64,000 nt of DNA from an uncultured Verrucomicrobiae bacterium. Its GTDB lineage: Bacteria; Verrucomicrobiota; Verrucomicrobiia; Chthoniobacterales; JAFAMB01. A program made the translations under genes and the position numbers. The notes below the pieces were generated by a model. It had not been told where the DNA came from, made no database searches, and saw nothing but the letters and a program-made list of their open reading frames with translations. Positions 46,203 to 56,593 of this stretch are shown one piece after another. The stretch is from positions 2,016,001 to 2,080,000 of the forward strand of contig CAWIPH010000002.1 of NCBI GenBank assembly GCA_963837955.1. The letters run 5' to 3'. Each line of letters starts with the position of its first letter. Position 1 is the first letter of the stretch.

Positions 46203-47957
46203 ATGATTCATCCCAACAAATGGTGGATAGGACTCCTGCCTCTCTTTCTCATTTGGCTTCTAGCCAATTGGTTTAATACGGTCCCCATCGAACGAGACCT
46301 TACATCTCGTGCAGGGGAAGCAATTGCCGGGGAATCGTTCCTCAACAAATCTCAGATCTCGGTCGCCGGCCGTGATGTCACGGTGTCAGGTGAGGCATTC
46401 GCTCCGACCGGAGCAAGCCAGGCCTTGGACGCCGCGCGCGCAACCCGAGGCGTACGCCTTGCGGTAGATGCAACGAAATCTTTGGCGTCCGTGAAACCGT
46501 TTGACTGGTCGGTGAAACGCGATGGTAACACAGTCCTTCTGTCGGGCCATGTGCCAAATCCGGGAGTTCGCGCGAAGATAGCCGCAGCCGCAAAGTCCGC
46601 CTTTACTGGCTGCGAAATCAAGGACGAGATGACCTACGCTTCCGGCGGGACAGCTGGGTTCGAATCCGCCGCCGCCTTTGGCATAGGGCAGCTTGCGACC
46701 CTTTCGAATGGCTCCGTCTCGCTGGCTGATGGAAATTTCTCCATTGCTGGTAAGGCACCGACTTCCGCGGTCTACGATAGCGTGCTCGCGGCGACAAAGA
46801 AGCTGCCCGAAGGTATGAACCTCGCCAAGGTCGATATCACTCCTCCCGAAATGAAGCCCTATATTTGGAGTGCGGCGCTCAACGGCAAGACCGTGACGCT
46901 GGAAGGCGCAGCACCCTCAATCGAAGCGAGTGACAAGATTGCAGCCGCAGCCGTTGCGAATTTCCCAGGGTTAACCATTGCAAACAATTTGCAGATCGCG
47001 CGAGGGGCGCCGTCCGCCGATTTCCTGCCGGCGGTCGAAGGCGGGCTCCAGCAGCTCACTAAATTGATCCAAGGCAAGGTGTCTCTTCAAGACGATCAAC
47101 TTTCGGTTAGCGGCGCAGTGAAACCGGATATAGGCCTTGATCAACTTCAAGCGTCTATTCGGAGCACTCTGCCGCCAGGTTTTAAGTTAGCTGAGATCGA
47201 CGTGACGCCGCCTCGAGTTTCTCCTTATACCTTTGGCGCAAACAAAGCAGACGGGACGCTTACTCTCTCCGGCTATTATCCCGACAACAAAACGCACCAG
47301 GAAATCGTCGATGTGACGAAGCGCCTCTTTGGAGGCGACCAAATCATGGATAAACTCGCCGTTGGGGCGGGCGCGCCCGCGGGCTTCGCTGACGCCGTCC
47401 GCGTCGGGCTTACTCAATTGGCTCGCCTTGCGACCGGTACGTTCGCTCTTTCGGACATTGGAATGAAGCTTTCCGGTGATGCGTTTCATCAAAATGCAGC
47501 AGACGAAATTGGCAGAGGATTCCCGGGCGCATTACCCACCCCTTATTCTGTCAACTTGTCTGTGGGCGTAAAAGCACCCGAACCAGAAGTGACTGCTGAA
47601 AGTTGTCAGCAACTATTTGCTGATCTGCTGAGTAAGACCAACGTCCTGTTCGAGACTGACACCGCCACACTTTCTCAGGACTCGATTGGACTGCTCGACA
47701 ATTTCGTCGCTATCGCAAAACGATGTCCGCAAGCCAAAATCGAAATCGCTGGTTATACCGACTCGGTTGGCAGCGAAGAATACAACCTCGATCTTTCGAA
47801 ACGCCGAGCTCAGGCCGTAGTCGATTATTTGGTAAAGGAGGGTATCACAGCGGGGAATTTGAGCACCATCGGATACGGGGCAACGCACCCCGTGGCATCA
47901 AACGATTCGGACGAAGGGAGGGCACAAAATCGCCGGATCGAAATTCACGTGAAGTAA
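46203..47957 (+). CDS. OmpA C-terminal-domain protein with multiple BON-like repeats
   Basis: N-terminal TM; repeated (V/L)TLSG..P units; IEIAGYTDSVG...NLDLSKRRAQAV.DYL...GYG...PVASN...GRAQNRRIE. Confidence 0.9.
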   Translation: MIHPNKWWIGLLPLFLIWLLANWFNTVPIERDLTSRAGEAIAGESFLNKSQISVAGRDVTVSGEAFAPTGASQALDAARATRGVRLAVDATKSLASVKPFDWSVKRDGNTVLLSGHVPNPGVRAKIAAAAKSAFTGCEIKDEMTYASGGTAGFESAAAFGIGQLATLSNGSVSLADGNFSIAGKAPTSAVYDSVLAATKKLPEGMNLAKVDITPPEMKPYIWSAALNGKTVTLEGAAPSIEASDKIAAAAVANFPGLTIANNLQIARGAPSADFLPAVEGGLQQLTKLIQGKVSLQDDQLSVSGAVKPDIGLDQLQASIRSTLPPGFKLAEIDVTPPRVSPYTFGANKADGTLTLSGYYPDNKTHQEIVDVTKRLFGGDQIMDKLAVGAGAPAGFADAVRVGLTQLARLATGTFALSDIGMKLSGDAFHQNAADEIGRGFPGALPTPYSVNLSVGVKAPEPEVTAESCQQLFADLLSKTNVLFETDTATLSQDSIGLLDNFVAIAKRCPQAKIEIAGYTDSVGSEEYNLDLSKRRAQAVVDYLVKEGITAGNLSTIGYGATHPVASNDSDEGRAQNRRIEIHVK

Positions 47958-47970
47958 GGAGACCCAGTTT

Positions 47971-50025
47971 ATGTTCTATCTTTTCAATTGGTATTGGAGT
48001 TGGATTCTTCTCGCGTTTCTCCTCGGCATCGTCGTGGGCCTGTGGACCTTCTCAGGCGAAATTGAGCGGTCCGTCACCTCCCGGATACCGCGCTGGTTGA
48101 AATGGGCGACGATCCTTTTTCTGGTCGGTTTCATCATCGCCCTTTTCAAATGGTTTCCTGGCCGGAGTGGCCTTTATCTAGAGACGGCGCTTCTTCTTTT
48201 CGCTCCCTATATCATCGGTTGTTTCGCTGGCGGCCTGTTGGCGACCATTTTTGGTTGGGACAAACGACTGGCTGCGGCTGCAGCAGGTTCTGGCGGCGTA
48301 GCTGCTTCCACCGCGCTAAATACGTCGTCCGCGGAAGCATCGAAATCTTTCTCTGAGGTCCCCTCAGTCACTCCGGTCATCCCAGTTGGCCAGGTTGCTG
48401 TAGTTCCTGCGGTTCCGATAACGCCGGAAGCTGATACCAGTATTTATCCGGGCACGCAGCCCGTTGGGATTTCAGCTCCTCGAGACGGAGCCGGGGACGA
48501 TCTCAAGCTTATCAAAGGTATCGGACCGAAGAACGAAGAGATTCTTAATCGTCTTGGTATCTATCATTTTGATCAGATTGCGAAATGGACCCCGGACGAA
48601 GCGACCTGGGTAGGCCATCACATCGCGTTCCCTGGCCGGATCGAACGCGAGCATTGGATCGAACAAGCGGAACTCCTTTCCACTGGTATCGACACCGATT
48701 TCTCCGCAGGCGTGAAGGCCGGGACGGTGACGCCAGACGATACGCCATTGAGCGAAAGCGAGGCTGCGCATCTGCGGACGAACCTATCCGAAGCTACGTC
48801 AAAAATCGCTTCAGTTGCTCCAGCTATTCCGGTCGTCCCAGTTGGCCAGGTTCCTTTAATTCCTGCCGTTCCGACAACGCCGGAAGCCGACACCAGTATT
48901 TATCCAGGTACGCAGCCCGTTGGTATTTCAACTCCTCGAGACGAAGGCGCGGACGATCTCAAGCTTATCAAAGGTATCGGACCCAAGAACGAAGAGATTC
49001 TTAACCGCCTTGGTATCTATCATTTTGATCAGATCGCTCAATGGACCCCGGACGAAGCGACCTGGGTAGGCCATCACATCGCGTTCCCTGGCCGGATCGA
49101 ACGCGAGCACTGGATCGAACAAGCGGAACTCCTTTCCACCGGTATCGACACCGATTACTCGGCAGGCGTAAAGGCCGGGACAGTGACGCCAGACGATGCG
49201 CCATTGAACGAAAGCGAGGCTGCGCATCTCAGAACGAACCTATCCGCAACTAGGTCAAAGATCGCCTCAGTCGCTCCAGCTATTCCGGTTGTTTCATTTG
49301 CTCCGGTTCCTTTAACTCCTCCTGTTCCGACAACGCCGGAAGCTGACACCAGTATTTACCCAGGCACGCAGCCCGTTGGGATTTCAGCTCCTCGAGACGG
49401 CGCCGGTGACGATCTCAAGCTTATCAAAGGTATCGGACCCAAGAACGAAGGGATTCTTAATCGTCTTGGTATCTATCATTTTGATCAGATCGCTCAATGG
49501 ACCCCGGACGAAGCGACCTGGGTAGGGCATCACATCGCGTTCCCTGGCCGGCTCGAACGCGAGCATTGGATCGAACAGGCCAAACTCCTTTCGGCCGGTG
49601 TTGATACCGATTATTCGACAGGCGTAAGGGCTGGCACGCTAACCCCGGACGATGCGCCACTGAGCGAGAGCGAGGTCGCGAATTTTAGACTTCCTGAAGC
49701 TGCGTCGGCTCTAGCAGATGAGGGCCAACACCATGGGAACCGTCCCTTGGGCATTGCCGAGGCACGTGGGGGGAGGCCGGACAACCTTAAGCTTGTCAGC
49801 GGCATCGGCCCGGTAAATGAACGGCGCTTACACCAGCTTGGCATTTGGCATTTCAGTCAAGTCGCAGCGTGGACACACGAGAATGTGAAATGGGTCGGAA
49901 GCTATTTGGCGTTTCCGGGCCGCATCGAACGGGAACACTGGGTCGAGCAGGCAAAACACCTCGTCCACGGCCGGCAAACGAAGATGTCGAGGCGCGCAGC
50001 CGAAGGCCTCGTCGATGGTAGTTAG
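47971..50025 (+). CDS. Membrane protein with four DDLKLIKGIGP helix-hairpin-helix-like domains (COG3743-type)
   Basis: Three N-terminal TM helices; D(D/N)LKL(I/V)(K/S)GIGP...LG(I)(Y/W)HF.Q(I/V)A.W...FPGR.EREHW.EQA occurs four times. Confidence 0.85.
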   Translation: MFYLFNWYWSWILLAFLLGIVVGLWTFSGEIERSVTSRIPRWLKWATILFLVGFIIALFKWFPGRSGLYLETALLLFAPYIIGCFAGGLLATIFGWDKRLAAAAAGSGGVAASTALNTSSAEASKSFSEVPSVTPVIPVGQVAVVPAVPITPEADTSIYPGTQPVGISAPRDGAGDDLKLIKGIGPKNEEILNRLGIYHFDQIAKWTPDEATWVGHHIAFPGRIEREHWIEQAELLSTGIDTDFSAGVKAGTVTPDDTPLSESEAAHLRTNLSEATSKIASVAPAIPVVPVGQVPLIPAVPTTPEADTSIYPGTQPVGISTPRDEGADDLKLIKGIGPKNEEILNRLGIYHFDQIAQWTPDEATWVGHHIAFPGRIEREHWIEQAELLSTGIDTDYSAGVKAGTVTPDDAPLNESEAAHLRTNLSATRSKIASVAPAIPVVSFAPVPLTPPVPTTPEADTSIYPGTQPVGISAPRDGAGDDLKLIKGIGPKNEGILNRLGIYHFDQIAQWTPDEATWVGHHIAFPGRLEREHWIEQAKLLSAGVDTDYSTGVRAGTLTPDDAPLSESEVANFRLPEAASALADEGQHHGNRPLGIAEARGGRPDNLKLVSGIGPVNERRLHQLGIWHFSQVAAWTHENVKWVGSYLAFPGRIEREHWVEQAKHLVHGRQTKMSRRAAEGLVDGS
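48361..49680 (+). repeat. Intragenic tandem repeat, 456-bp period, three copies
   Basis: ACGCCGGAAGC.GA.ACCAGTATTTA at 48421, 48877 and 49333. Confidence 0.93.
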
Positions 50026-50267
50026 TGAAGGCTTTGTTCCTCGAGTTCAAAGCGCGGGACGTCGATTTCTTTCAAACATTGAGGTTGGAACCTTGGGGAG
50101 CTGGGATTTCATCGTCCGGGACCCGGACGGAAATCTCATATGCTTTGGTAGCCGTGCGGACCGGTAGCGACGATCGGCTGGTCGCCGGTCAGCGTCGGAT
50201 ATTCAAAGCCAAAGGAAGCAAGTAGTCGCGCCGAATCACCAGGCCCCAATCGACGTCCTTTGCCATC

Positions 50268-50315
50268 GGCTATTGGCTATTGGCTATTGGCTATTGGCTA
50301 TTGGCTATCGGCTAT
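50268..50315 (+). repeat. Heptamer tandem repeat (GGCTATT)n
   Basis: Read directly; followed by TTCTAGC/TTCTAAA heptamers at about 50354-50385. Confidence 0.9.
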
Positions 50316-50409
50316 TACTACGTGTTCGCAATTTCCGCTTTCGCTATCCTAATTTCTAGCTTCTAGCTTCTAAATTCTAAATTCTGGATTCCGGATCCTC
50401 TGCTCCCCG

Positions 50410-51327
50410 ATGAAGAATCTTTTCCTCTACGTGCTTACCGTCGCCATCTGGGGCTCGACCTGGTATGCCATCACGTTCCAGCTTAACGGAATACCGACCC
50501 AGGTCTCGGTTGCCTACCGCTTTGCGCTGGCGACCTTGCTTCTATTCGTTTGGTGCTGGGTCCGGCGGCTGCGCTTACGATTCTCTGTCCGCGACCATCT
50601 CCTCTTGATGCTGCTGGGATTGACGCTGTTCTCGATTAACTACGTGTTGTTCTACGAAGCTGAAAAGCATTTGGTATCCGGCAGCGTAGCGATCATCTTC
50701 TCGCTCCTGGTGGTCTTCAACATCTTGAATGGTTGGCTCCTTTTCGGATCAGGACCGGATCGCCACGTACTTGCCGGTGCGGCGCTCGGCCTGCTGGGGA
50801 TTATTATCGCGTTCTGGCAGGATCTGCGGACCATGAATTCCGGTTCGCAAAGTTTCTGGGGGATTATGCTAAGTCTTGCCGCCACCCTCACGGCATCATT
50901 TGGTAATTTGGTCTCGACCAGACTGCAAAAACGGCGGATCCCGGTCGTGCCGGCCAACGCTTTCGGAATGTTATACGGAACAATCGTGTTGTTGGCTTAT
51001 GCTGTGTTATCGGGAGCAACTTTCAGTTTCGACACTTCGGCGAGTTATATCGGATCGCTGGCTTACTTAGCGCTGTTTGGTTCGGTGATAGGATTCAGCT
51101 CTTACCTTACCCTCGTCGGCCGAATTGGTGCCGATCGCGCGGCGTACACCAGCATCCTGTTTCCGATTGTCGCGCTCCTTTTTTCCGCAGCATTCGAACA
51201 TTACAATCTGACTCTCCTCAGCGCGCTGGGTATTGCCTGCATTCTCGCTGGCAACGGCTTAGTCCTCTTGCGGAAGCGGCGCACGAACGCTCCCATCGCG
51301 ATCCCCACCGCGAATGTACACGAATGA
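50410..51327 (+). CDS. EamA/DMT-family transporter
   Basis: IWGSTW, about 10 TM helices, LAYLALFGSVIGF..Y..L. Confidence 0.92.
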   Translation: MKNLFLYVLTVAIWGSTWYAITFQLNGIPTQVSVAYRFALATLLLFVWCWVRRLRLRFSVRDHLLLMLLGLTLFSINYVLFYEAEKHLVSGSVAIIFSLLVVFNILNGWLLFGSGPDRHVLAGAALGLLGIIIAFWQDLRTMNSGSQSFWGIMLSLAATLTASFGNLVSTRLQKRRIPVVPANAFGMLYGTIVLLAYAVLSGATFSFDTSASYIGSLAYLALFGSVIGFSSYLTLVGRIGADRAAYTSILFPIVALLFSAAFEHYNLTLLSALGIACILAGNGLVLLRKRRTNAPIAIPTANVHE

Positions 51328-51608
51328 GCGTTTTTAATTCGCGTCCACTGGCGTGTATTCGTGGTTCATGGTTCCGGTCTGATCGGCCGGACACCAGTTG
51401 TTCGAGTTGATCCGCCCGAGCTCGCGCCCTTTCAGGCCTCTCATTTTGTAGGATGTTTCCCGGGCTTAAAACTTCGGGCTGAGTCCTCTTGCCCTTCCCG
51501 GGGAAAATCGGCCGTAAACGAAAATTCGTGTATAAACAAATTTCGCGTGACTTCTCCTCCTGATCTACTCAATTGCCCGTCTACTGCTTACTTTGGCGAT
51601 CAGATTCG

Positions 51609-52847
51609 ATGCGAACCATAACCCCTGCTTCTCGCTCGTTCCCTTTCACACCGGCGAACTTCTGGGGAATCGCGTTGGCTGGCTGGACGATTGCTTTTTT
51701 CGCTGTAGTTGTTCGAGCAATCGCGGCACCCCATCAAAACACCGTTTTCACGGTTTTCCGGGACGCCGGCCAAGTATGGTTACACGGCGACAGCCTTTAT
51801 TCGCAGGTCGGAAAATACCTCTATAGCCCGTTAGCAGCGGCATTCTTCTCGCTCTTTGCCTTGATGCCGGAGACCGCGGCCGTTGCTCTCTGGCGGCTTC
51901 TGATCGTAGGCGTCTATCTTTCGATTTTTATTTTGTGGCTTCGGCGTTTCGGGAAGGATCTTGTTCCTAGGGAGTCTCTTCCGGTTGGGGCGTTGTTACT
52001 GCTACCGCTGTCGATTGGAAATTTGAATAACGGGCAGGCGAGTCTGCTCGTAATCGGTCTTCTTCTCGGCGCCTGTGTTGCGATCGAAGCACGAAGGTGG
52101 ACTCTCGGTGCCTCGCTCATCGCTTTGGCGACGTATTTTAAGATTTACCCGCTGGTTATTGGATTGTTGTTCGTAGTGATCTATCCGCAACGCCTGGCGC
52201 TGCGGCTGTTTCTCGCCCTTCTCGCTCTCTGGTTGCTGTCGCTCGTCTTGCAGAACCCACAATATGTTCTGCAACAATATCGTGATTGGTTTGGTTGTCT
52301 GGGGGCCGATCAGCGTCGCGTTTCCGGGGAGCTTGGCAGCTGGCGAGATTTTTGGTTGTTGCTGCGGATTGCCCGCATACCGATCACAGTGCCGGCCTAC
52401 GCCGTGCTGCAAGCGCTGGCCGGAATTGCGATCGCAGCCTTTTGCTGGTGGGCGCGTCGAGTTGCCTGCTGGGAGGAACGTAACCTGATTTGGACCGCAT
52501 TCACCCTGGGCTGCCTCTGGATCACTCTGTTTGGCCCATCTACCGAGTTAGCCACGTACGTCTTTTTAGCTCCATCGCTGGCTTTCGTCGGGGCAGCGAC
52601 CTGGGCATCCAGCCAATCGGCGGCTCGAGTATCGGTTTCCGCTCGCGTTTGGATGGCGGTGACTTATCTATTGTTTATAGCGGCCGATGCGTTAAATGCG
52701 TGGGTCCCGGCGATTCGCCAAAACAATTATCTGCACGCAATACAGCCGATTGCCGCACTATCGTTTACTGCATTCGTTTTTGCTTGGACTCTTCAGATAG
52801 AACGACAGCGAACTCATCGCGGTCAGGATTCGCCGATTCTCGAATGA
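51609..52847 (+). CDS. GT87 / DUF2029 membrane glycosyltransferase (GT-C)
   Basis: YLYSPLAA, NLNNGQASLL, FKIYP motifs; polytopic membrane protein. Confidence 0.85.
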   Translation: MRTITPASRSFPFTPANFWGIALAGWTIAFFAVVVRAIAAPHQNTVFTVFRDAGQVWLHGDSLYSQVGKYLYSPLAAAFFSLFALMPETAAVALWRLLIVGVYLSIFILWLRRFGKDLVPRESLPVGALLLLPLSIGNLNNGQASLLVIGLLLGACVAIEARRWTLGASLIALATYFKIYPLVIGLLFVVIYPQRLALRLFLALLALWLLSLVLQNPQYVLQQYRDWFGCLGADQRRVSGELGSWRDFWLLLRIARIPITVPAYAVLQALAGIAIAAFCWWARRVACWEERNLIWTAFTLGCLWITLFGPSTELATYVFLAPSLAFVGAATWASSQSAARVSVSARVWMAVTYLLFIAADALNAWVPAIRQNNYLHAIQPIAALSFTAFVFAWTLQIERQRTHRGQDSPILE

Positions 52848-54349
52848 AAATAACCGCCTTGCTTTACTCGCGATTGTTCTGGGTGATCGTCGCGGTTTTG
52901 GTGGTTACCCTTTACCGCTTATGGTATTGCACACATCTCGAATTGGTGGGGGACGAAGCCTACTACTGGCTCTGGTCGAGGCATCTCGATATCTGCTATC
53001 TCGATAAGGGGCCGGTTATCGCGTGGATTATTGCGGTTGGCACCGCCTTGTCTGGGCAAACCGTATTCGGAGTTCGTTTTTTTGCTGTCATCCTTTCCAG
53101 TGCTACCGGGATTGGTATCTACTTGCTGGCGAGACGCCTGTTCTGCGACCGCGTCGCGCTCTGGGCGTTGATTATGGCGGGAATCGCACCGCTCTTCGCG
53201 GTCGGAGCGATTCTGATGACCATTGATACGCCTTATGTATTCTTTTGGACGTTTGCCGCGCTCGCTTTTTGGTGGGCCAAAGACACCACCCGATTAGGTC
53301 CATGGATTCTTGCCGGAGCCTTGGTTGGTCTTGGCATGTTGTCGAAATACACCGGTGCGTTCGAGCTGATTTCTTTCGCGATATTTTGTCTTTGGCATGC
53401 TCCTAGTCGCAAAAACCTTGTCCGAGGTGGTTTCTGGACAATGCTCTTGGTCGCTGCACTTTTTTTACTCCCGGTGCTCTATTGGAATTGGATACACCAA
53501 TGGCCAACGACCCGCTTCCTTTTCCACCGCGGAGCATTGGATGAGCAAGCCCACATTAAGCCGGGCAACGCGATCGTCTTCCTGGCCGGACAAGCCGGAG
53601 TTATCTCTCCGTTACTTTTTATTGGCTTGATCCTGGTTGTTTGCTGGCCGGGCTTAGCCAAAATGAAAGAACGTACCGAAGTTACCTATTTGCTGACTTT
53701 GTTTGCCCCTTTATTCCTGTTTTACCTTCTCATCAGTTTCCAACAGACCAGCCAAGCTAATTGGGCTGCGGCTGCTTACGTGGGTGGCCTCATTCTGTTG
53801 GCTGCCAAATGGAACAACCTCGCAGCGAAATTTGCGTGGGCCCGCTGGCTGGGAATCGCCGGACTGACCATCGCCTTGATTGAAACCGTCGCCCTCCACG
53901 AAACAAGTTGGCTGCACTTACCAGCAGGCAAAGATCCGTTGGATCGCGCCCGGGGCTCACGAGATTTGGCTGCACAAATAGACGCTCTCGAAACGAAGAC
54001 CAGCGTGAATGTTATTATCGCTAACAAATACATGACCGCTGCGCTCCTTTCCTTTTATTTGCCCGGCCAGCCCACCACTTTCATGCCGGTTTCAAGCGCG
54101 CCGTACAATCAGATCTTGCTCTGGCCCGATTATCGGGAACTTCGACCGAAGGATGATGCCCTCTTCGTTTCGGATTTCGATCGGCTGGTACCTTCTCTGC
54201 AAGAGGATTTTCCAAGTATCGAACGGCTCGGCGAGATTGTTGCCAGGGAGAATGGTCGTAAGATCAAAACTTTTTATGTTTTTCTTTGCCGGCGAACCCA
54301 CGGCGTTGGGGCCGTTGGGAAGGAGGGAGAAGTGATTAGTGATTGGTGA
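52844..54349 (+). CDS. ArnT/PMT-like (GT39/GT83) membrane glycosyltransferase
   Basis: DEAYYWLWSRHLD..Y.DKGP..AW, MTIDTP, LSKYT; ATGA overlap with the upstream gene. Confidence 0.88.
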   Translation: MKITALLYSRLFWVIVAVLVVTLYRLWYCTHLELVGDEAYYWLWSRHLDICYLDKGPVIAWIIAVGTALSGQTVFGVRFFAVILSSATGIGIYLLARRLFCDRVALWALIMAGIAPLFAVGAILMTIDTPYVFFWTFAALAFWWAKDTTRLGPWILAGALVGLGMLSKYTGAFELISFAIFCLWHAPSRKNLVRGGFWTMLLVAALFLLPVLYWNWIHQWPTTRFLFHRGALDEQAHIKPGNAIVFLAGQAGVISPLLFIGLILVVCWPGLAKMKERTEVTYLLTLFAPLFLFYLLISFQQTSQANWAAAAYVGGLILLAAKWNNLAAKFAWARWLGIAGLTIALIETVALHETSWLHLPAGKDPLDRARGSRDLAAQIDALETKTSVNVIIANKYMTAALLSFYLPGQPTTFMPVSSAPYNQILLWPDYRELRPKDDALFVSDFDRLVPSLQEDFPSIERLGEIVARENGRKIKTFYVFLCRRTHGVGAVGKEGEVISDW

Positions 54350-54468
54350 GAAGTGATTAGTGATATGAGTGCAACGAAATCATACCCCGATTAGAGAGTT
54401 TACCAGAAGGTTAACTAATGAGCCCACGTCTTACCTCTCACTTTTCACCAATCACTAATCACTTCTCC
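54328..54468. repeat. Inverted heptamer-type repeat enclosing a four-helix-bundle gene remnant
   Basis: GAGAAGTGATTAGTGATTGGTG versus CACCAATCACTAATCACTTCTC; 54365-54418 reads MSATKSYPD*RVYQK. Confidence 0.7.
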
Positions 54469-54500
54469 CGTTCGGTTACGGTCCACCGCTTTTCCTCACT

Positions 54501-56306
54501 GTGGTAGAACTTCGGACACAACCTCTGCCGATTAATCGGATCGTCGACCAGATCGTTTCCCGTCCGACCTGGTTACAGATCCTGACCCTCATCATTCTTA
54601 TTTGGGCGGGGATATATCTGCCCGGCCTGGGATCGGTGGAGTTGAAGCACGAGGAACCGCGTCGCGCGCTCCCTGCGGTTCACATGCTTGCGTCAGGCGA
54701 CTGGCTGGTGCCGCGCGTGGGCGGTACGCCTTTTTTGCGTAAGCCGCCGATGTTGCAATGGCTCATCGCTCTGAGCTTTCTAACTACCGGGACGCAGTCA
54801 GAATGGGCCGTCCGGCTTCCTTCCGCCTTAGCGATTCTTGCTTTGGCACTGGCTATCGGAAGAATCGGCGGTTCCTGGCTAGGACTCCAAGCGGGTCTGT
54901 TCGCGGCTATTTTGTTTCTCACGAACCTTGCCATTTTGGAAACCGGGCGGCTCGCTGAGTTGGAAGCAGTTTATATAGCCTCTACTGGAATCGGCCTGCT
55001 GATCTGGATTGCAGAATGGATGCGGGGGGCGCGAGGATGGCGGCTCTGGATCTTGCCGGCAATCTTTCTCTCGATCGGAATGCTGACGAAAGGACCGACC
55101 CACCTCATCTTCTTTTACGGAGTTGTGCTTTCGACTCTGTTTTTTGCGAAAGATCTTCGCATCTTAGTTCATCCCGCACATTGGTGCGCGCTTGCGCTGA
55201 TCATCGGTTTGTTTGGTGCCTGGGCGATTCCCTGTTCGTTTGCAGTCGGCGAGCACGATCCGATAGCGGTTTGGAAATTTTGGATCTATCAGATCACTTC
55301 GCGCGCTTCTGGATCTGAAACGAGCCATTTTCACTTGGCGTCTTGGTTACTGAGTTTTCCCAACACTCTAAAGAATTTTTTGCCCTGGACACCATTGTTA
55401 CTTTTTCTTTGGCCGGGAGGGCGCGCAACCTGTCCGACAAAGCCTTCTGAAGGCAGCGCGCACTCTACTCAAGCACTTGGCGAAGTCGAATCCGCGTGCG
55501 CCGCCGATTACGACAATGCATTGCCGGAAGCTCGAAAAGAGGCTTGGTTCCGAGGAGCGAGGTTGGGGATGGTTGTAACCTGTGTGCTAATGTCTCTGTT
55601 GCCCGGCGGCTCACCCCGCTATCTTTATCCTTTATTTGTTGTGCCGTGTCTTCTACTGGCGCAGGTACTGTTTGTAGATCGGCCGGCAGGGGCGCGCCCT
55701 CGCGCGTCCGTTTCATTCGGCCCGGGAACCCTGCAGTTCTGGAGAGTAGCCAACCTGCTCCTATTAGTAATCGCTGGTGTTGCAATCTTAGCGGTGCCGT
55801 TTTTTGCAGGATTGAACCTGGCGATTTTGGGCGGTCTGTTTGTTTGCGCGCTCCTTTTCTTATCCGGGTTGATCGCTGGCCGGGTGAGCTTTGGGGATTT
55901 TACCTCATCGGGCGCAATCCTGCGACAGGCATTAACAACGGCGGCGGTCTTCGTGATTGCGATGCTCATCTATTCGATCGCCATCGTTCCGCGGGTAAAT
56001 TCATTGAGCTACGGTGCACGAGAAGTAGCTGGCAGTATCCGGACCAAGCTTCCTCCGGACGCCGTGCTTTGGATTCAAGAGGATGAATTCCGGCCGTTCT
56101 GGTACTACTTGGAACCGAAGGTACGATATTTCTCAAGGACAGACGAGATCTCTCCTGATGCCCATTATGTCCTCTTACCGAAACAGCGGAAGTTCATGGA
56201 AGACCCTGGGTGGGGGAGTACGCTTTTCCAGAGATTGTCGGAGATCGTTGACAATGAGAAGAAGGTATTCGTGCTACTGGAGAGACGACCGGAAAATGAC
56301 AAATAA
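54501..56306 (+). CDS. ArnT-like membrane glycosyltransferase
   Basis: EEPRRA...ML.SGDWLVP...G.PFLRKPP..QWL, EWAVRLPSA, LTKGP. Confidence 0.88.
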   Translation: MVELRTQPLPINRIVDQIVSRPTWLQILTLIILIWAGIYLPGLGSVELKHEEPRRALPAVHMLASGDWLVPRVGGTPFLRKPPMLQWLIALSFLTTGTQSEWAVRLPSALAILALALAIGRIGGSWLGLQAGLFAAILFLTNLAILETGRLAELEAVYIASTGIGLLIWIAEWMRGARGWRLWILPAIFLSIGMLTKGPTHLIFFYGVVLSTLFFAKDLRILVHPAHWCALALIIGLFGAWAIPCSFAVGEHDPIAVWKFWIYQITSRASGSETSHFHLASWLLSFPNTLKNFLPWTPLLLFLWPGGRATCPTKPSEGSAHSTQALGEVESACAADYDNALPEARKEAWFRGARLGMVVTCVLMSLLPGGSPRYLYPLFVVPCLLLAQVLFVDRPAGARPRASVSFGPGTLQFWRVANLLLLVIAGVAILAVPFFAGLNLAILGGLFVCALLFLSGLIAGRVSFGDFTSSGAILRQALTTAAVFVIAMLIYSIAIVPRVNSLSYGAREVAGSIRTKLPPDAVLWIQEDEFRPFWYYLEPKVRYFSRTDEISPDAHYVLLPKQRKFMEDPGWGSTLFQRLSEIVDNEKKVFVLLERRPENDK

Positions 56307-56308
56307 CA

Positions 56309-56500
56309 GAGAGGAATAATCCGCAGATTTCACCGATTACGCAGATTACCCTGAAATCATTGGAGCGGCGCCTGAGGTCGACAAACATCTATTTTGGATC
56401 GAGAAGCTTAGAGCACAGGCAAGTTGCTTTGCCAATTAATGCCCATATGGAACTCAAAGAAAATAATCTGCGTAATCGGTGAAATCTGCGGATTATTCTC
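56309..56500. repeat. Inverted repeat enclosing an internally deleted GxxExxY-like gene remnant
   Basis: GAATAATCCGCAGATTTCACCGATTACGCAGATTA versus TAATCTGCGTAATCGGTGAAATCTGCGGATTATTC; interior reads EIIGAAPEVDKHL then FGSRSLEHRQVAL. Confidence 0.75.
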
Positions 56501-56593
56501 TTTGAAGTCATTCGAAAATATGCGGAGAACGATCAAGGTTTGCAGGTTTAGCTTTTTATTAGCTTTGAGGATAGCTTCTAGGCGCTCACACTC

